From Hydrolagus colliei (Eukaryota), in contig CM068742.1 of the NCBI GenBank assembly GCA_035084275.1, positions 123,938,001-124,002,000 on the forward strand: a stretch of 64,000 nucleotides of DNA. The letters are read 5' to 3'. Positions 24,827-37,955 of this stretch are shown piece after piece (within the stretch, counting starts at the first letter, position 1; every line of letters begins with the position of its first letter). Both the position numbers and the translations under genes were made by a program. Under the pieces are notes generated by a model. It was not told the DNA's origin, made no database searches, and worked only from the letters and a program-made list of their open reading frames with translations.

Positions 24827-24989
24827 GTAAGGGGGGTTACTGCTAGAATGATTACTGCTAAAACTCCTAAAAGTATTGTGCACTGACAGGAAATACTTGA
24901 CACAATATCACTTCCAGCAGTAACTGTTTATGAATGGGATGCTTGGTTTTAATTTTCTATTCCTAATACTGTATATGAAAGCTTTGATA

Positions 24990-25275
24990 TCAAGTAATAA
25001 GCAAGCCTTAGAACCTGGGTTTGATTGATTGATTCCATTCCCAGTGGACAGGGCAACACCTTAGGCAAGTTTGTTCACTCCACACACACACATACACACA
25101 CACCTCTGCTTACCAACAGTAAGTGGGAAACTAGGTGTTAGTCAATTGGTAGATCACTTTCCGGGCGTAATAATCCCTCCAAAATAATAAATAATTTTCT
25201 CAACCAATCCACGACTGTTTGTGGGACACTACTCTATGCAATTGTTTGCTGTGTTTCGCCCACAAAACACAGTCA
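24990..25275 (+). mobile_element. tRNA/Deu SINE (long variant), diverged
   Basis: Family head motifs and Deu core. Confidence 0.7.
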
Positions 25276-26025
25276 CTACAACTAAAATAATTACCTGTGA
25301 AATAAATCAAATGAAATAAGTTTCTGGGTGTAAATGTGTTCAAGATTCACAACAGATTTGATGTGATAATTTATCAGACTGTATCTGTTTTCAATATGGT
25401 AATTATCATTGAATTTGCTATGCAACATGGAATATTAGTTAATACTGTAATTATCAAATGATTTCAAGTTTGAGCATTTTTTCAGCTCTGCTTTAATAGT
25501 TTGCTCTGCAAAACCTTTTGAGGCAGCCTCTAATTAAACAATAGTGATAGAGTAAAACCAATTAGATTCCACAATAGTGGCTGAGTTAAACCTATTAGAT
25601 TATCAACACCTGTTCCCTATGCACGGATCTGTGTCCTGTAGCTTTCATGATTGGGCCCAAGGGATCTGTGGTCCTATTGCTTTCATGATTGGGCCCAAGG
25701 AATTCTGAATCGTAGAGAATGTTGCATTTAATCATCTGAAAATAGGATACTGGCTTAACTCAGCCTGTATTGTGTAAAGAGATTTTCAGGCATTGCCTCT
25801 AAAATGTTAAAGATCATACTGTGTGTAATTGATTTGATGCCTACTATAAAATATTGCAATTTTTCCACAGTTAAGTACTTCTCGTGTCAAAAGAGAATTT
25901 ATCGTTATTTTAAACTTCATATTGCATCGGAAATGTTTTTTTTTGAAAATAAGAATAATTTCTGAATACTTATATTGATTGATTAATTGTGAACATTGCT
26001 CTTGACTGTTGTGTTTTTTTTCTAG

Positions 26026-26222
26026 CAAAAACCATGGAAATTACTCAATCTCGTTTAGTAAATGCTGCGAAGTTGACAGCTGCTCTTGGAGATGAGCAAG
26101 TTCGCTGGAAAGAGAGCATAATTATGTTTGAACAGGAGATAGCCAATGTCATTGGAAATGTCTTCATTGCAGCAGCCTGTGTTGCCTATTATGGAGCCTT
26201 TACGGCTGTATATCGACAATTG
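26026..26222 (+). CDS. DNAH6: DNAH6 exon w13 ([10 protein letters not shown]...DEQVRW...[12 protein letters not shown])
   Basis: tctag|CA, TTG|gtatg. Confidence 0.94.
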
Positions 26223-26354
26223 GTATGTGGTAGTCCTGTTAAAACAAATGTGTACTATTTTAAATGGGCCTAATTGAAAAGCAACTGCTTGCTAAAACAT
26301 ATTGTAGCTACTTGCCATATTGTACATATGGCTACTTGCCATATTGTAGCTACT

Positions 26355-27000
26355 TATGGTCTACCACCACCTCCACAACATTGCCCAACTCCACTATTGC
26401 CTCACAGGAAACTCCCTCCTTGTCGGCCTCCCCAACTTTTCCCTCCATAGGCAACAAATCATCCAAAACTCTGTAGCTCATGTCCTCTCCTTCATCAGGC
26501 TCTGGGACCCCATCACCCCCACCCACACTCAGCTCCACTGGCTCCCCATCCCTCAGAGGATAGAATTCAAGATCCTCATCCTTACTTTCAGGGCCCTCCA
26601 TGGCCTTGTCCCCTCCTATCTCACTGACCTGCTGACCCTCTATCAACCTGTCCATTCACCTGTCCTGCTTCCTCCATTCAGCAGGCTCTGGCCTGCTCCA
26701 TTGTCTCCCACCCGATCCGATCTTCCAGCGGTGAGGCCTATCTACCCCCACTCTTTGAAACTCCATCCCACAAGCCTTTTGCCTTGCTCCCTCCCTTGCC
26801 TCCTTCAAGAACAGTTTCAAAATCCTCATCTTCGTGCCTTCAGCCATCCCCCTATCTTTCTCCCCTTCCTCATCACAACCCTTCCCCTCTCCACCACGCT
26901 TCGGTCCTGATCCTTGACTGTGCAGGGCCTTGGATGTCCTCCCGATGTGAAAGGCGCTCTTCAAACGTAATGTTGTTGTTGGCATTGTTGTGGTTGCTTG
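26355..27000 (+). mobile_element. L2 LINE 3' fragment
   Basis: QLHWLPIPQRIEFKILILTFRALHGL motif and L2 tail. Confidence 0.88.
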
Positions 27001-28310
27001 TGGTAAGTCCATAGTGGAGGGAGGGTGATAAGATGAATGGAATTGTCTCTTGGCATGCCCTGATTAATTTGAATGAGGTGAAAGACCGGTTTTGTGATTT
27101 TATCATGTTGGACTGTCTTGGGTGATGCACCCAAGTATTAATTTATCTGCCCGTTTCAAAGGAGGGTACAATTATTGGTGAAAATAATTAGTTGAAAGAT
27201 GCAGTGCACTAAATTGAAATTCCATCTGATAGTAGCAGCCATTTACTCCAGATGTGTACAATAGTTACTTAAAATTAGTATTATTGATCTTAATCTTTAT
27301 ATAAATACCAGACTCTCTATGGAAACGTTTCTCTTGTAGGTGTCCTATTATTTTGAATTCATAATGAGTCAATTGTAACAAGTCAATCTACTTTCTCACC
27401 TATGGGATTTTATCTGTTGCAAAAATAAAACTATAATTTTCATCAGGTTGTTATCTAAACTTTGAATCCAATTTGTAGTTTGATTGTTTAGCTCATTTTT
27501 GTTTTAAAGCATTTCCTTAGGCCTGATGGCCTATGGTTGATCAAATTTTGATTTAATAATTAAACTTTATAGTGACACTTCTGTAATGTGTAGCACATTG
27601 TAAAATTAATATAATGTACTGTAGTTATTGATCAGGTACATTTTTGAAGAGATGTGGTGAACTTGTAATCATGGATTCCCTGAGGCCAATGTAACTAACT
27701 GCTACTGGAATTTACTAGTTATTTCTTCAGTACTATCTCGGAAACCAGACACTGTATAGGAGAATCACATTTATGCATTTTTTTTTAATGTAGCATGAAG
27801 AATTACCATGCTTGTATTTGTACCTTCCAAAATTGGCGTAGAATAAATGTAGTTTAATTATCCAGAACCTTAACCATGTTTAATTATAATTTAATCTTAA
27901 CCATATAACCTCATTTAATTTGTTCTTTAAATTCCCAGAATATCTGCTCTGCTTAGTTATTTAATTGTTCTGTCTTGAGGCTGGTGTATTGAAGCTATGT
28001 AAGGGCTGCTTTCCAGTATTTTGCTCACCAATAATAGCCACCATTGGATAATCAGCAATGGTTTACCTCTTGTGTTGGCAACATTTTGTTTTTCCACAGA
28101 AGTACCAATCTGCCCTGATTTCAATCATTAAAAGAGATGATAATTTGATAATTCATATACAGTAATCCTTTAGATCTATGATGCAAATGAGATGCAAGGA
28201 GTGGCATGAAAGATGTCCTGTTACTTTGCTCATCTACCAGCCACCCTGGGTTTAATTGAATTTTGCAGTCATTAATGTGTAATTTGTTAAACAAACCCCA
28301 AGTTAGATAT

Positions 28311-28460
28311 ATAAAACACAAAATACTACAGATGCTGGGAATCTGAAACAAAAACAAAAGTAGCTGACGAAGGGTTGTAGACCCGAAACATTGACTCTTT
28401 TTCCTTTCTCCATGGATGCTGCTTGACCTGCTGAGTTTCCCCAGCTACTTTTGTTTTTGT
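28311..28460 (+). mobile_element. Short Penelope-like element with hammerhead ribozyme core
   Basis: 14-bp direct repeat CCCAAGTTAGATAT (28297-28310, 28461-28474); 19-bp inverted repeat; CTGACGA-stem-GAAAC core. Confidence 0.65.
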
Positions 28461-28734
28461 CCCAAGTTAGATATCTATTTAATCATCTTGCATCTGACAA
28501 TAGATTAGCGTTACCATACTCATTTTGGAATATTTAAATAAATTGTGCTAAAAGCCAAGAGAAGGATAAAGGATATGTTTGAATTTTACTCTACATTGTG
28601 AAAAATTGTAAATGTTGTATTGTTAAAATCTATTAGTGTCCAAAGTAAAGCAAAATTTAGCAGTAGGAACTATATGATTTACTATTATGAATGAAGTTTT
28701 TTAAATCTGTTGTTCAAAAAAAATGTTTTAACAG

Positions 28735-28938
28735 TTAATAGATCACTGGATTACTGGTTGCCAGAACCTGGAAATTCCCATCAGCCAAAACTTCAGCCTT
28801 ATCAACATTTTAGGCGATCCGTTTGAAATTCGCAATTGGAACACAGATAGTCTGCCACGTGATAATGTTTCAACTGAAAATGGTATTCTTGTGACACGAG
28901 GACGTCGATGGCCATTGATGATAGACCCACAAGATCAG
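28735..28938 (+). CDS. DNAH6: DNAH6 exon w14 (AAA5; LIDHWI...[12 protein letters not shown])
   Basis: aacag|TTA, CAG|gtggg. Confidence 0.94.
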
Positions 28939-30101
28939 GTGGGTATCCATCTTCAGGATCTTTCAGGAAAAGTGTGCTTAACTCTAGGTAAAAAGACATT
29001 GTGTGTTGCAAAGATTACTCAAGATAATTTACTATCATTAAGGTTTTATAAAGGATGCATTGAAAGATTTAATAGCCAATGTCAGTACTCAATTATGTTG
29101 TATAACAGGCTGATGAAGATATATTGGCATTCCGATCAAAAAATGCAATGCTGATAAACATTATGGTTGCCTTTATCAATGTGTGACAGATGTTTCAGAT
29201 GTAAATTTGGATAGTCATTTTCTGTTTCATAGCTGTGGGAAATCATCTTGGAATTGTTATTCTAATGAAATGAGTTTGGCTATTTAAATGGCATCCATGA
29301 GATTCCAAGCGCTTTTTCTTGGATGATCAATGACTGGAACAGATTGAGAAGAAAGGTAGTAGAGGCCAAGGTATTGGACTTGTTTAAAAAGCAGCTTGAT
29401 ACGGGTGGGTTTTCCAGAAGGATGGGGTTGGAAGGGCTAAACAGCTTTCTTCATTCAGACCGATCTTGTTGTTAGAACAGGCTAACTAAATAATTATTCA
29501 TGAATCTACTGGGGTTTTTAGTAAGTTACTTATCTAGTAGTTGAACGGTATCTAGTATTTAAAATTTGGAATTTTAGAAAGTATTTAGATATATGGGAAA
29601 CCATTTGGCACATTTTTCAAGTCCTCAAAGGAGGTTAGTCCTTCAAAAAGACATTCATTTTAATTCCAAATCTCTGCGATTGTTAGAACAGTTAATTGAA
29701 GCATTTAAAAATGAACTGACTGTTCTAACAATCGATCCTTACGAGTCATTCTGTTTGGGAGAAGAGGATTTTTTTTGTCTCTTTTGCTCTCTTGTCAAAG
29801 TAAATCACATTATGTCAGCAAGGCTGAGTTAGTCGCACTTTTGTTTCTGAGACAGAAAGTTTTGGGTTCAAGCCTCATGCTGAGACGTTGAACTCAGTCT
29901 TGTCTGGCATTCCAATACACTTCAATGTCAGAAGTGCTAGACTTCAGATGGGATATTATACTAACATCCCATCTATTCAGATTTCTTCATTGATATCAAA
30001 CCACAAAATACAGCACTGCAAAGTATGCTGTATTTTTAAATATATATATTTTTTACAGTGTTAGTTTCAAACAAATTTTCAGCAAGTAACAAATCTGTTT
30101 A

Positions 30102-30312
30102 CAGTAAAAGCTTGTTTATCCGGCACCCTCGGGACCTGGCCAATACCAGTTAAAGCACATGCCGGACATTCAGCCGAAAACGCCCCCAATTTTTTTAAAA
30201 TAATGCATTTTTCTGGATAAATTCCGGTTAATCAAATGCAGACCTTTGTTTTGTGATGCCGGTTATACGGAAGTTACGGTTGATTGGGTGCCGGATAAAC
30301 GGGCTTTTACTG
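30102..30312. mobile_element. Short Tigger-like MITE, same family as 23702-24411 (opposite orientation)
   Basis: TA TSD; TIR cagtaaaagcttgtttatccggcaccc / gggtgccggataaacgggcttttactg. Confidence 0.82.
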
Positions 30313-30421
30313 TATTATGATAAATCACACTTTGAGAGGTTAAACAATTGTCAAAAGCCTGTGAACAGATTCAATATTTACCTCTCAGTCTAGAAACATA
30401 TATAATGTTAAGGAGAAAGTA

Positions 30422-30894
30422 CACGTAGACCCTGCTTAACGTTATTTAATTATTACTTTGCTGATCCATTGGGAACATATATCCATTTAACGTTGCAATG
30501 TTCGCTGTTACGTCATTCGTGTGGGTGGAAAGGAAGCACGGTGGCGTTAGGACCTGGGAGTGAGTCAGGCTGGCAGAGAGAGATAGATCCAACAACAACA
30601 ACTTTGATTTATATAGCGCCCTCCACGCCGGACGGCGTCTTAGAGATGCCTGCCAGCCGGCAGCGAGTGAGACCAGCAGAGAGTAAGACCAGCAGCGAGT
30701 GAGTGAGCCATGCAGGCAGTCAGGGAGCGAGTATTATGGTTGTTTTTCAGCAGATTTTGACGAAAAATATCCAAAAGAACCTAACTCCAGTTTTTACATT
30801 TATTCCTTTGGGAAAAATGTATTCGCTTAACGTCATTTCGCTTAAAGTCACACTTTTCATGAACCCAACTACGACGTTAAATGGGGTCTACGTA
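30422..30894. mobile_element. Tigger-like MITE containing a nested L2 tail fragment
   Basis: TA flanks; TIR acgtagaccc..ttaacgt / acgttaa..gggtctacgt. Confidence 0.7.
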
Positions 30895-31310
30895 TATCTT
30901 CTTGTATTTAGAATTAAACATAAATGTACCAACTCCTATCAATTGTTTTGCCATTTTAGTGAACCATATATTATAGTATATCTGATCAGAATTATGCAGC
31001 GAGTTGCAACTGTATTTACCGTAAATTGAAATGAATAATCTTCAGCAATCAGTGAGATGATAACTTTATAGATATTAATAAAGTGAAATCCCTGCTGGAA
31101 TTCAGATTGCAGGGGCGAATCACATTGGGGAGTCAAACTAGCTGGTCAACCATTAAAAATATGTTGGATTACTGTCAACGTGCATGGCCTTTTGTGTTTC
31201 TCAGGGATAGTTTAACCCAAGGAGACCTCTTATGTCTTTTAAGTTCCAATTTTTTTTATTAGAAAGAGTTTTGGCAAAGCATTTAATAGTTATGTTATCT
31301 TTCTATGCAG

Positions 31311-31436
31311 GCAAATCGCTGGATAAGGAACAAGGAAAACAAAAATGGTTTGAAGATAATTAAACTGACAGATTCCAATTTCTTACGCACCTTAGAAACT
31401 TCTATTCGGCTTGGCTCACCAGTGTTGTTAGAAGAG
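31311..31436 (+). CDS. DNAH6: DNAH6 exon w15 (ANRWIRNKE...GSPVLLEE)
   Basis: tgcag|GCA, GAG|gtaaa. Confidence 0.94.
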
Positions 31437-31680
31437 GTAAATGTATCTTGCTCCAGTGATTTATTTTATCCTGTTTCAAGTAAGTATTTTAACCATTGTT
31501 AACAGGCATAATTTTAAAGGCTGATCTTCACATATAGAATTGCATAGTACATCACAGCTTGGAAACAGGCCGTTTGGCTCAAATAGTCCCCGCTGGTGTT
31601 TTCATTACAGAAAAGCCTCCTAATCTCCTATCCCTCTATTCTCTCTCATGTATGCTGTAAGGTATAACGGTATTAGATAT

Positions 31681-32398
31681 TAGGGTCCGTCGATATGGAA
31701 ATTTTCCGATTTAGATATATCGATTGGCTCATATCGAGATATACCGAAATATCGATATTTTCAGGTTTTTCTACTGCGCATGCGCGCGCGGCGTGTGCAT
31801 TCGGGGTGCGCGCGCATTCGGGGCCTATCTCCTCAGGAGGTAAATATATTTCTCTCCCTGTGTCTCTCACTCTCTCCATCTCTGTGTTTTTCGGTCTGTG
31901 TCTCTGTGTCTCTCTCACATCCCCCCTATCTCTATCTATCTGTATATTATCACATCCACCCCGTCTCTCCCCCCCCACCCCCCCCAGCCATCTCTCTCTC
32001 CCCCAGCCGTCTCTCTCCCATCCCACCCCAGCCATCTGTCTCCCCCCCACAACCCCCCCAGCCTTCTCTCTCCGCCGCCCCCAGCCGTCTCTCTCCCCCC
32101 CCAGCCGTCTCTCTCCCCCTCAACCCCCCCCCCCCCCCCAGCCTTCACTCCCCCCCCACCCCTTGCATATTTGTATATTGTATTCGAGGACTATGAATAC
32201 AATATGGCGGCTTTGCACCTCGGTCTGTGCATTGTGTATAGAGATGAGCATTCTGGGTCTTGTAGTTCAGTGTGCGCGCATTCCGATTTTTTACCTCGAT
32301 ATATCGATTTTTCGATATATCGATATTTTTGAAATGCCTATATCAGCGTATCAATATGAAAATTATATCGGGTTTTAGCGATATATCGCCGGACCCTA
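31681..32398 (+). mobile_element. Non-autonomous hAT MITE, copy 3
   Basis: Same TIRs; TSD TTAGATAT / CTAGATAT (7 of 8 match). Confidence 0.92.
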
Positions 32399-32821
32399 CT
32401 AGATATATATATATATGAACAAATATTTGGTGGGAAACAATATAATTTTAAAATATAAGATTCATTATATTTGTGAGGAAATCCTTGATAACTAATTTCT
32501 GATTCAGAACTTAACTTTAAGTATTACCAACCTTATTAGATATGTGGGAAAAACATGTTGTATGTTCTTGCCACACTAGTTGCTCCAACAAAACAAATTG
32601 TACACTTGAATGTTGGCTTCTTTTTATGACAGTTGCACAACATGGAAAGTATGGCAGAAATACTGAACGAATATTGTGAATCAGTTTTTTTTCAGAAGAC
32701 AGCTGGTGAGAAACTGGAGTAAAAGAAATGGGGTTGCAGCAATTAGAAGGGATAACTTGAGAAAAGGAAGTGACGTTATTAAAAGGAACATATTACAATG
32801 GCCTTGTTGCATTCATCCGAG

Positions 32822-33133
32822 AATCCTTGCATTTGATATAGCGCTTTCCATGTCTTCCAAATGTCTCAAAGCGCGTCACATTAAGAATATACTATAAAGT
32901 GAATTGACTGTATATTTGTGGGTGAAACGCGGCAGCCAATTGCGTACAGCAGTGTCCCACCAACAGTCAATAATTGAAAGGAACAATTTTATTATTGTTT
33001 TTGGTTTGTGGGATTATTATTAGGCATGTGGAGTAAGGAAATCTACCCAAGGTTTCGCCCTGACCTGCCTGGATTTGAACACAGGTCTCACACTTGTAAG
33101 GCGAGTGCTCTAACCACTGAGCTACAGGACTCC
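32822..33133 (-). mobile_element. tRNA/Deu SINE, full length
   Basis: Head ggagtcctgtagctcagtggttagagcactcgccttacaag (reverse complement), Deu core, tail. Confidence 0.9.
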
Positions 33134-33798
33134 ACATTGTTAATTTTACTGTAGAGTCCAGTTTCAGTCACTCTATGTTAGGAAGGATGTCAAAAATGCA
33201 GGGGGTATTTACAAGGATGAGTGGTTTAACTTATGAGCTGAAACTGGGCGAAGAGGGTCATTGGAATAATTTTCATTGGATCAGAGAAGATTGAGAGGAT
33301 ATCTGATTTTTTTAAAAAAATTCTGTGGGTTTTTGATAGGGAGAAATGATTTCCACTGTTTGGTGTATCAGTAAATAGAAGGCAGTAATTTAAGATAATA
33401 ATAATAATAGTAATCATTGCATTTGAGATGTTTCAAAGCATTTCACAGAATATACTGTAAATTGAATTGACTGTATATTTTGTGAGCACTGATAATTAGA
33501 ACAGGAGAGAATTAGGAGGAACTTTACATCGGGAACTATGTTGATATCTAATGAGGGGAAAAGAAGATAAATGATTTCTCTTTAAAACCCAGCATACATA
33601 CAATGAGTTGATTAGTTTTCTATTATTCTAACATGTTCATCCTAATACACATATTTGGAAGTTGACTGATCCCTAATCTACTTATATTAGTGTATTAACT
33701 TTGCTGTAATCAGTCTGCACTATATCAATATTTCTTAGCTCATATTTGATGCACTGTCATGTCACCTTCTCACCTGATGGCTTGCCTTTCAATTTCAG

Positions 33799-33963
33799 CT
33801 GAAAGAGACCTTGGATCCTGCTTTGGAGCCTATTCTTCTGAAACAGACATTTGTGTCAGGTGGCAGAACGCTAATCCGGCTGGGAGATTCAGACATTGAT
33901 TATGACAAACACTTCCAGTTCTACATGACAACCAAAATGGCCAATCCACACTATCTACCAGAG
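33799..33963 (+). CDS. DNAH6: DNAH6 exon w16 ([16 protein letters not shown]...[12 protein letters not shown])
   Basis: ttcag|CTG, GAG|gttgg; missed by ORF track. Confidence 0.94.
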
Positions 33964-34364
33964 GTTGGCTAAACTGATCTTTCTCACTGAAGTCTTTTCC
34001 TGAAGATAGTGACTAATTACATGAGTAACCCTCAGTACCTTAGCCAAGTGGCTATGCCAGAAATCATATGAATTTTAAAAGGTGTTTGGCAAAGTACCGC
34101 TTACCTATGACACAATGAAATAGTGAATGCCCACAATCTCGCTAATTAAATATTAGCCTGGCTCAGTGGTAGCACTCTTGCCTGTCAGTCAGACTGATGT
34201 GGGTTCAAGCTCTTTGTTTGAACTTGGAATCACATAGTCTAAGTTAATACTCCAATGCAGTGCTGGGGGGTGAGGGGCGGTGTGGATGGCATTGTTGGAG
34301 GTGCTGTCCTTTGATGTTGTCTGTTTGATCAGGTCAACATTAAATATCTGACTTTTCCCATCAG

Positions 34365-34432
34365 GTGTGTATCAAGGTCACAATCATCAATTTCACTGTG
34401 ACCAAATCTGGTCTGGAAGATCAACTACTAAG
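34365..34432 (+). CDS. DNAH6: DNAH6 exon w17 (VCIKVTIINFTVTKSGLEDQLLS)
   Basis: atcag|GTG, CTAAG|gtgaa. Confidence 0.93.
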
Positions 34433-35429
34433 GTGAAGCTCCGTGTCTTACTTTTTATGTTTTAACTGAACTCTATCTTACTATTCAGTCTCTTATTGGT
34501 ACATACTCTGAGTCTCTTGTTTAACCTTTATTAACCAAAACACAATCTTCGGTTTACTGTAGTGTTCAACACTATTAAGGGTCAATATAGTAACATTTGC
34601 ACTGGATAGTATAATGTAGTTTTGATTAGGAAGGAAGGAAAATAACAAACAGTAAAAAAAAAATCAATTTATAAAGTGCCTTTCATGTCCCAAGGCATTG
34701 GTCGATGGGGACAGTGACATTATATTCCAGAAATGCTAACTTGACTGAGTTAGAATTGTCCTTTTTGAACTTGTGTATATGAATTTCAGAGTGGTATAAA
34801 AAGGAAGAGGATGGAATTATTGAAGTTTAGTTCCGTAGTCTACTGAGAAACCCGGTCTGATAAAATGCAAATTAGTTTATAAATATATATTCCAACTCCC
34901 ATGAATATGATTATTAATGTATTAGCTAATTATTATTGATTTCTCAGCAAGTGTATCCAAACATAGAAAAAAACATTATTTTGGAAGAGCTGATATATTG
35001 TCAAATATAATATATATTATCAGAAGATAGTGGGTTGAATCCCCTTGCTGAATCTTTGAACTCATGGTCCTGGACTGATACTTTATTGTAATAGAAAGGG
35101 CTGCTATACCTGGCAAACATAATGACTGGGAAATTAAGTTTAATACAGATACATACACAGTAATACTTTTAGGTGCATGAATATGACACACAAGTACCCA
35201 TGGATGGGATAGAACTTGTCCATTGGAAACCTGAAATACATAATAAAAAAACAGCTCCTACAAAATATACAGTTTTGAAGTGGGGTCCATTTTAAAAACT
35301 CACTGCCAAAATAACAATGTTTTTATTATGTCTGTATGATGGGAAATCCAAGTATAGTATAATGAGGTAACAGAAACATATTATTTGTAGTGTACAGTAA
35401 ATGACAGACTTCAATATTGTCTTTTACAG

Positions 35430-35610
35430 TGATGTTGTGAGAATAGAGAAACCTGAACTTGAGGAACAAAGAAATCAACTAATAGTTCGAATTAATGCAG
35501 ATAAAAATCAGCTGAAAGCAATTGAAGATAAAATCTTGAGGTTGCTTTTTACCTCTGAAGGCAATATTCTGGACAATGTAGAACTGATACACACTCTTCA
35601 AGACTCAAAG
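35430..35610 (+). CDS. DNAH6: DNAH6 exon w18 (buttress; [14 protein letters not shown]...SEGNILDN...QDSK)
   Basis: tacag|T, AAG|gtaat. Confidence 0.94.
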
Positions 35611-36684
35611 GTAATATTATCTGTGTAACAATTGAACCATTCACCAAAAGAAGGTGCAGTGTGTTAACTACATTATTGAGGTCTGAATATCGGTGAGACA
35701 TATACATACTTTGCAAGGATTACATAAAGTTTAGAGATCACTAAAGCATGTTCCTGGTGTACATTTAGTTTTTTTCTTCCAACCATCAGAATAGCATTCA
35801 GTGTTCCACATTCACATTAGGTCCATTGGTGATTCTCCTACTCTGAAAATAGTACAATGATACTTTCGGGGTAATTCTCTTCGCTGTTTATAATATAAAA
35901 CTAAGCATTCACTCTTTCTTTCACTTAACAATGTTCTCTATTGAAAACATGAAAGAGTTATTTTGCACATGTTATTTTCACAATGCATTTTTGTACTGTA
36001 TGCCACAAAAGTTGTTTGCAGTTTGGTTGTGCAACATACATTGATTGCATAGCACACTCGACTTTTAAGAGTATGAGAAGTGTGGCTATACCATCACTTT
36101 ATTTTTGGTCAAACAAATATCTGATACATGGGAAATCTGTTGCCATGCAGAGCAGAGGAGCCTCCAAATCTAATAATTGAAAATTCAATACTTGTTTACA
36201 CTTGTTTGATTTGGAATGTGCTCTTTCTCCCCAGAGAGTGGATGTACCCATGCTTACCTAATCTTGGAGAGTTTAGGCACAGATTAGTGAGAACCAAAGC
36301 TTAGAGAGCCCTGAGAGTGCATTTGAGTACTCCTGGAGTTTAACAGCTAAAACTGCACAGCTTGCCTGTGCGAACACTGGCAAGCTTCCTGCTGCTTTGT
36401 GTAGCTAGAACCAGGCATTAAGGCTTTGGCTTGCAGAGTTAACAGCTACTGAATAGCAAAATCCCCGTCTATAGAGACTGGTTTGTTCCTTCTGGTTCCA
36501 CTAATGAGTAAAGTTGGCTGATCCTTCATCAACAGTTTTTAAAGGAGTGTGGATATGCCATCTTGGACAACTAAGATTGCCATGGAGGATTGAATTGATT
36601 CTGATTTTCCATTGCTATTTATATTACTGTACCTTGATGTAAATTTTTGGAAAAAATTATATATTTGAAATATATTTTACATAG

Positions 36685-36864
36685 GTTACCTCAGGTGCTA
36701 TTAAAGTTCGATTGGAAGAGGCTGAAGCTACAGAACAAAAAATTAATTCTGCTCGTGAGAAGTATCGTCCTGTAGCGACTCGTGGATCAGTTATGTATTT
36801 TGTTGTCGCGAGCCTCTCTGAAATAGACCCAATGTACCAGTTTTCTTTAAAATACTTCAAACAG
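36685..36864 (+). CDS. DNAH6: DNAH6 exon w19 (VTSGAIK...YRPVATRGS...[13 protein letters not shown])
   Basis: catag|GTT, CAG|gtttg. Confidence 0.94.
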
Positions 36865-37721
36865 GTTTGCCATTTTTCTTGCTTAACACGTGAGTGCTAC
36901 CAACCTGGTTCTTTACAGTCACTACAATATATTAGATGAGTTCTTTAGTTAAGATGTTAGAGAGATGCTTATTTAGAATACATGTGCTAAATATTATTGG
37001 TGTTGTTTGCTAATCAAAGATTTATTTATCTACTGAATATCTTTTGAAAGAGAAATACACACATACCTGTATAACAGTGACTTGGCAATATGGAAAAGAG
37101 ATAGGATTCTGGTGTAAGATTAACTTGATGACTTGCCATCATTGGAGGATTTCCTCGCAGATTCCCAATGTTTTGTGACAGAGAGAATGTAAATTGGAGC
37201 TCAATTCACCAAAGATTTCTCATAGTACTCTAGAAACAAGATGCTTGCTGTCCGTAGGGTGTGTTTGGTGTGTGACATGAAGAAAATTAAAAGGGAGAGG
37301 AAGAAAAACCTTTTTTTAATATATGGCTCAAAGTATCCATTGCAAATAAATACAATTGTTGGACAAAATCTAATTTAATGAATTATGTCTGGAACTGTAG
37401 TCATTTGCCTCACAAAACTAATTTTTTTTCCAAACTACTGCATTCTAATTCTATTTTGGCAATGTTTCCATATATAAAAATGTATATCTATGTATTTTCA
37501 CGACCATAATACGGTTCTCTGGATCCATTAATGTTACCACATTGGAATATCCAAGAGGAAGAGAAATTAGGAGATTATGTAAATTACATGCACAAACAGC
37601 ATGCTTCCTGGATTATTAGTTGCATGCTGAATAATCCTCACTTTGTTTTGCTTCTTACAAATAAAAACTGTTAAAGTAATACAATGAAGCATTGTTAAGC
37701 ATTTAATTTCTCATTTTGCAG

Positions 37722-37955
37722 CTGTTCAATATGACTATTGAGGTGTCGGAGAAGACCTATGACCTGAAACAACGTTTGATCACTTTGTTGCATAAGACAC
37801 TTTTTAGTACCTACTCTAATGTTTCCAGGGGTCTATTTGAACAACACAAACTTATCTACAGTTTCATGCTCTGTGTTGAAATCTTACGTCAGAAAGAAGA
37901 AATATCAGATGCTGAATGGAACTATTTCCTTAGAGGATCTTCAGTAATGGATAAG
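37722..37955 (+). CDS. DNAH6: DNAH6 exon w20 (LFNMTIE...[16 protein letters not shown]...MDK)
   Basis: tgcag|CTG, AAG|gtaat. Confidence 0.94.

Noticed and set aside
25627-25702. Short tandem duplications (36-bp x2 here; also 5161-5190, 6740-6772, 26297-26355, 46265-46298)
   Set aside because: Two or three adjacent copies without spacers: ordinary slippage, not a CRISPR-like array.
28846-28863. DSLPRD in place of the usual DGLPRD in AAA5
   Set aside because: Single conservative change. As I recall, Ser occurs at this position in other dyneins, so it is no evidence of pseudogenisation, and all exons are intact.
36200-36620. Non-repetitive, GC-richer intronic stretch as a possible conserved element (also 60780-61170)
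   Set aside because: No motif, structure or second copy that I can support without a cross-species alignment.
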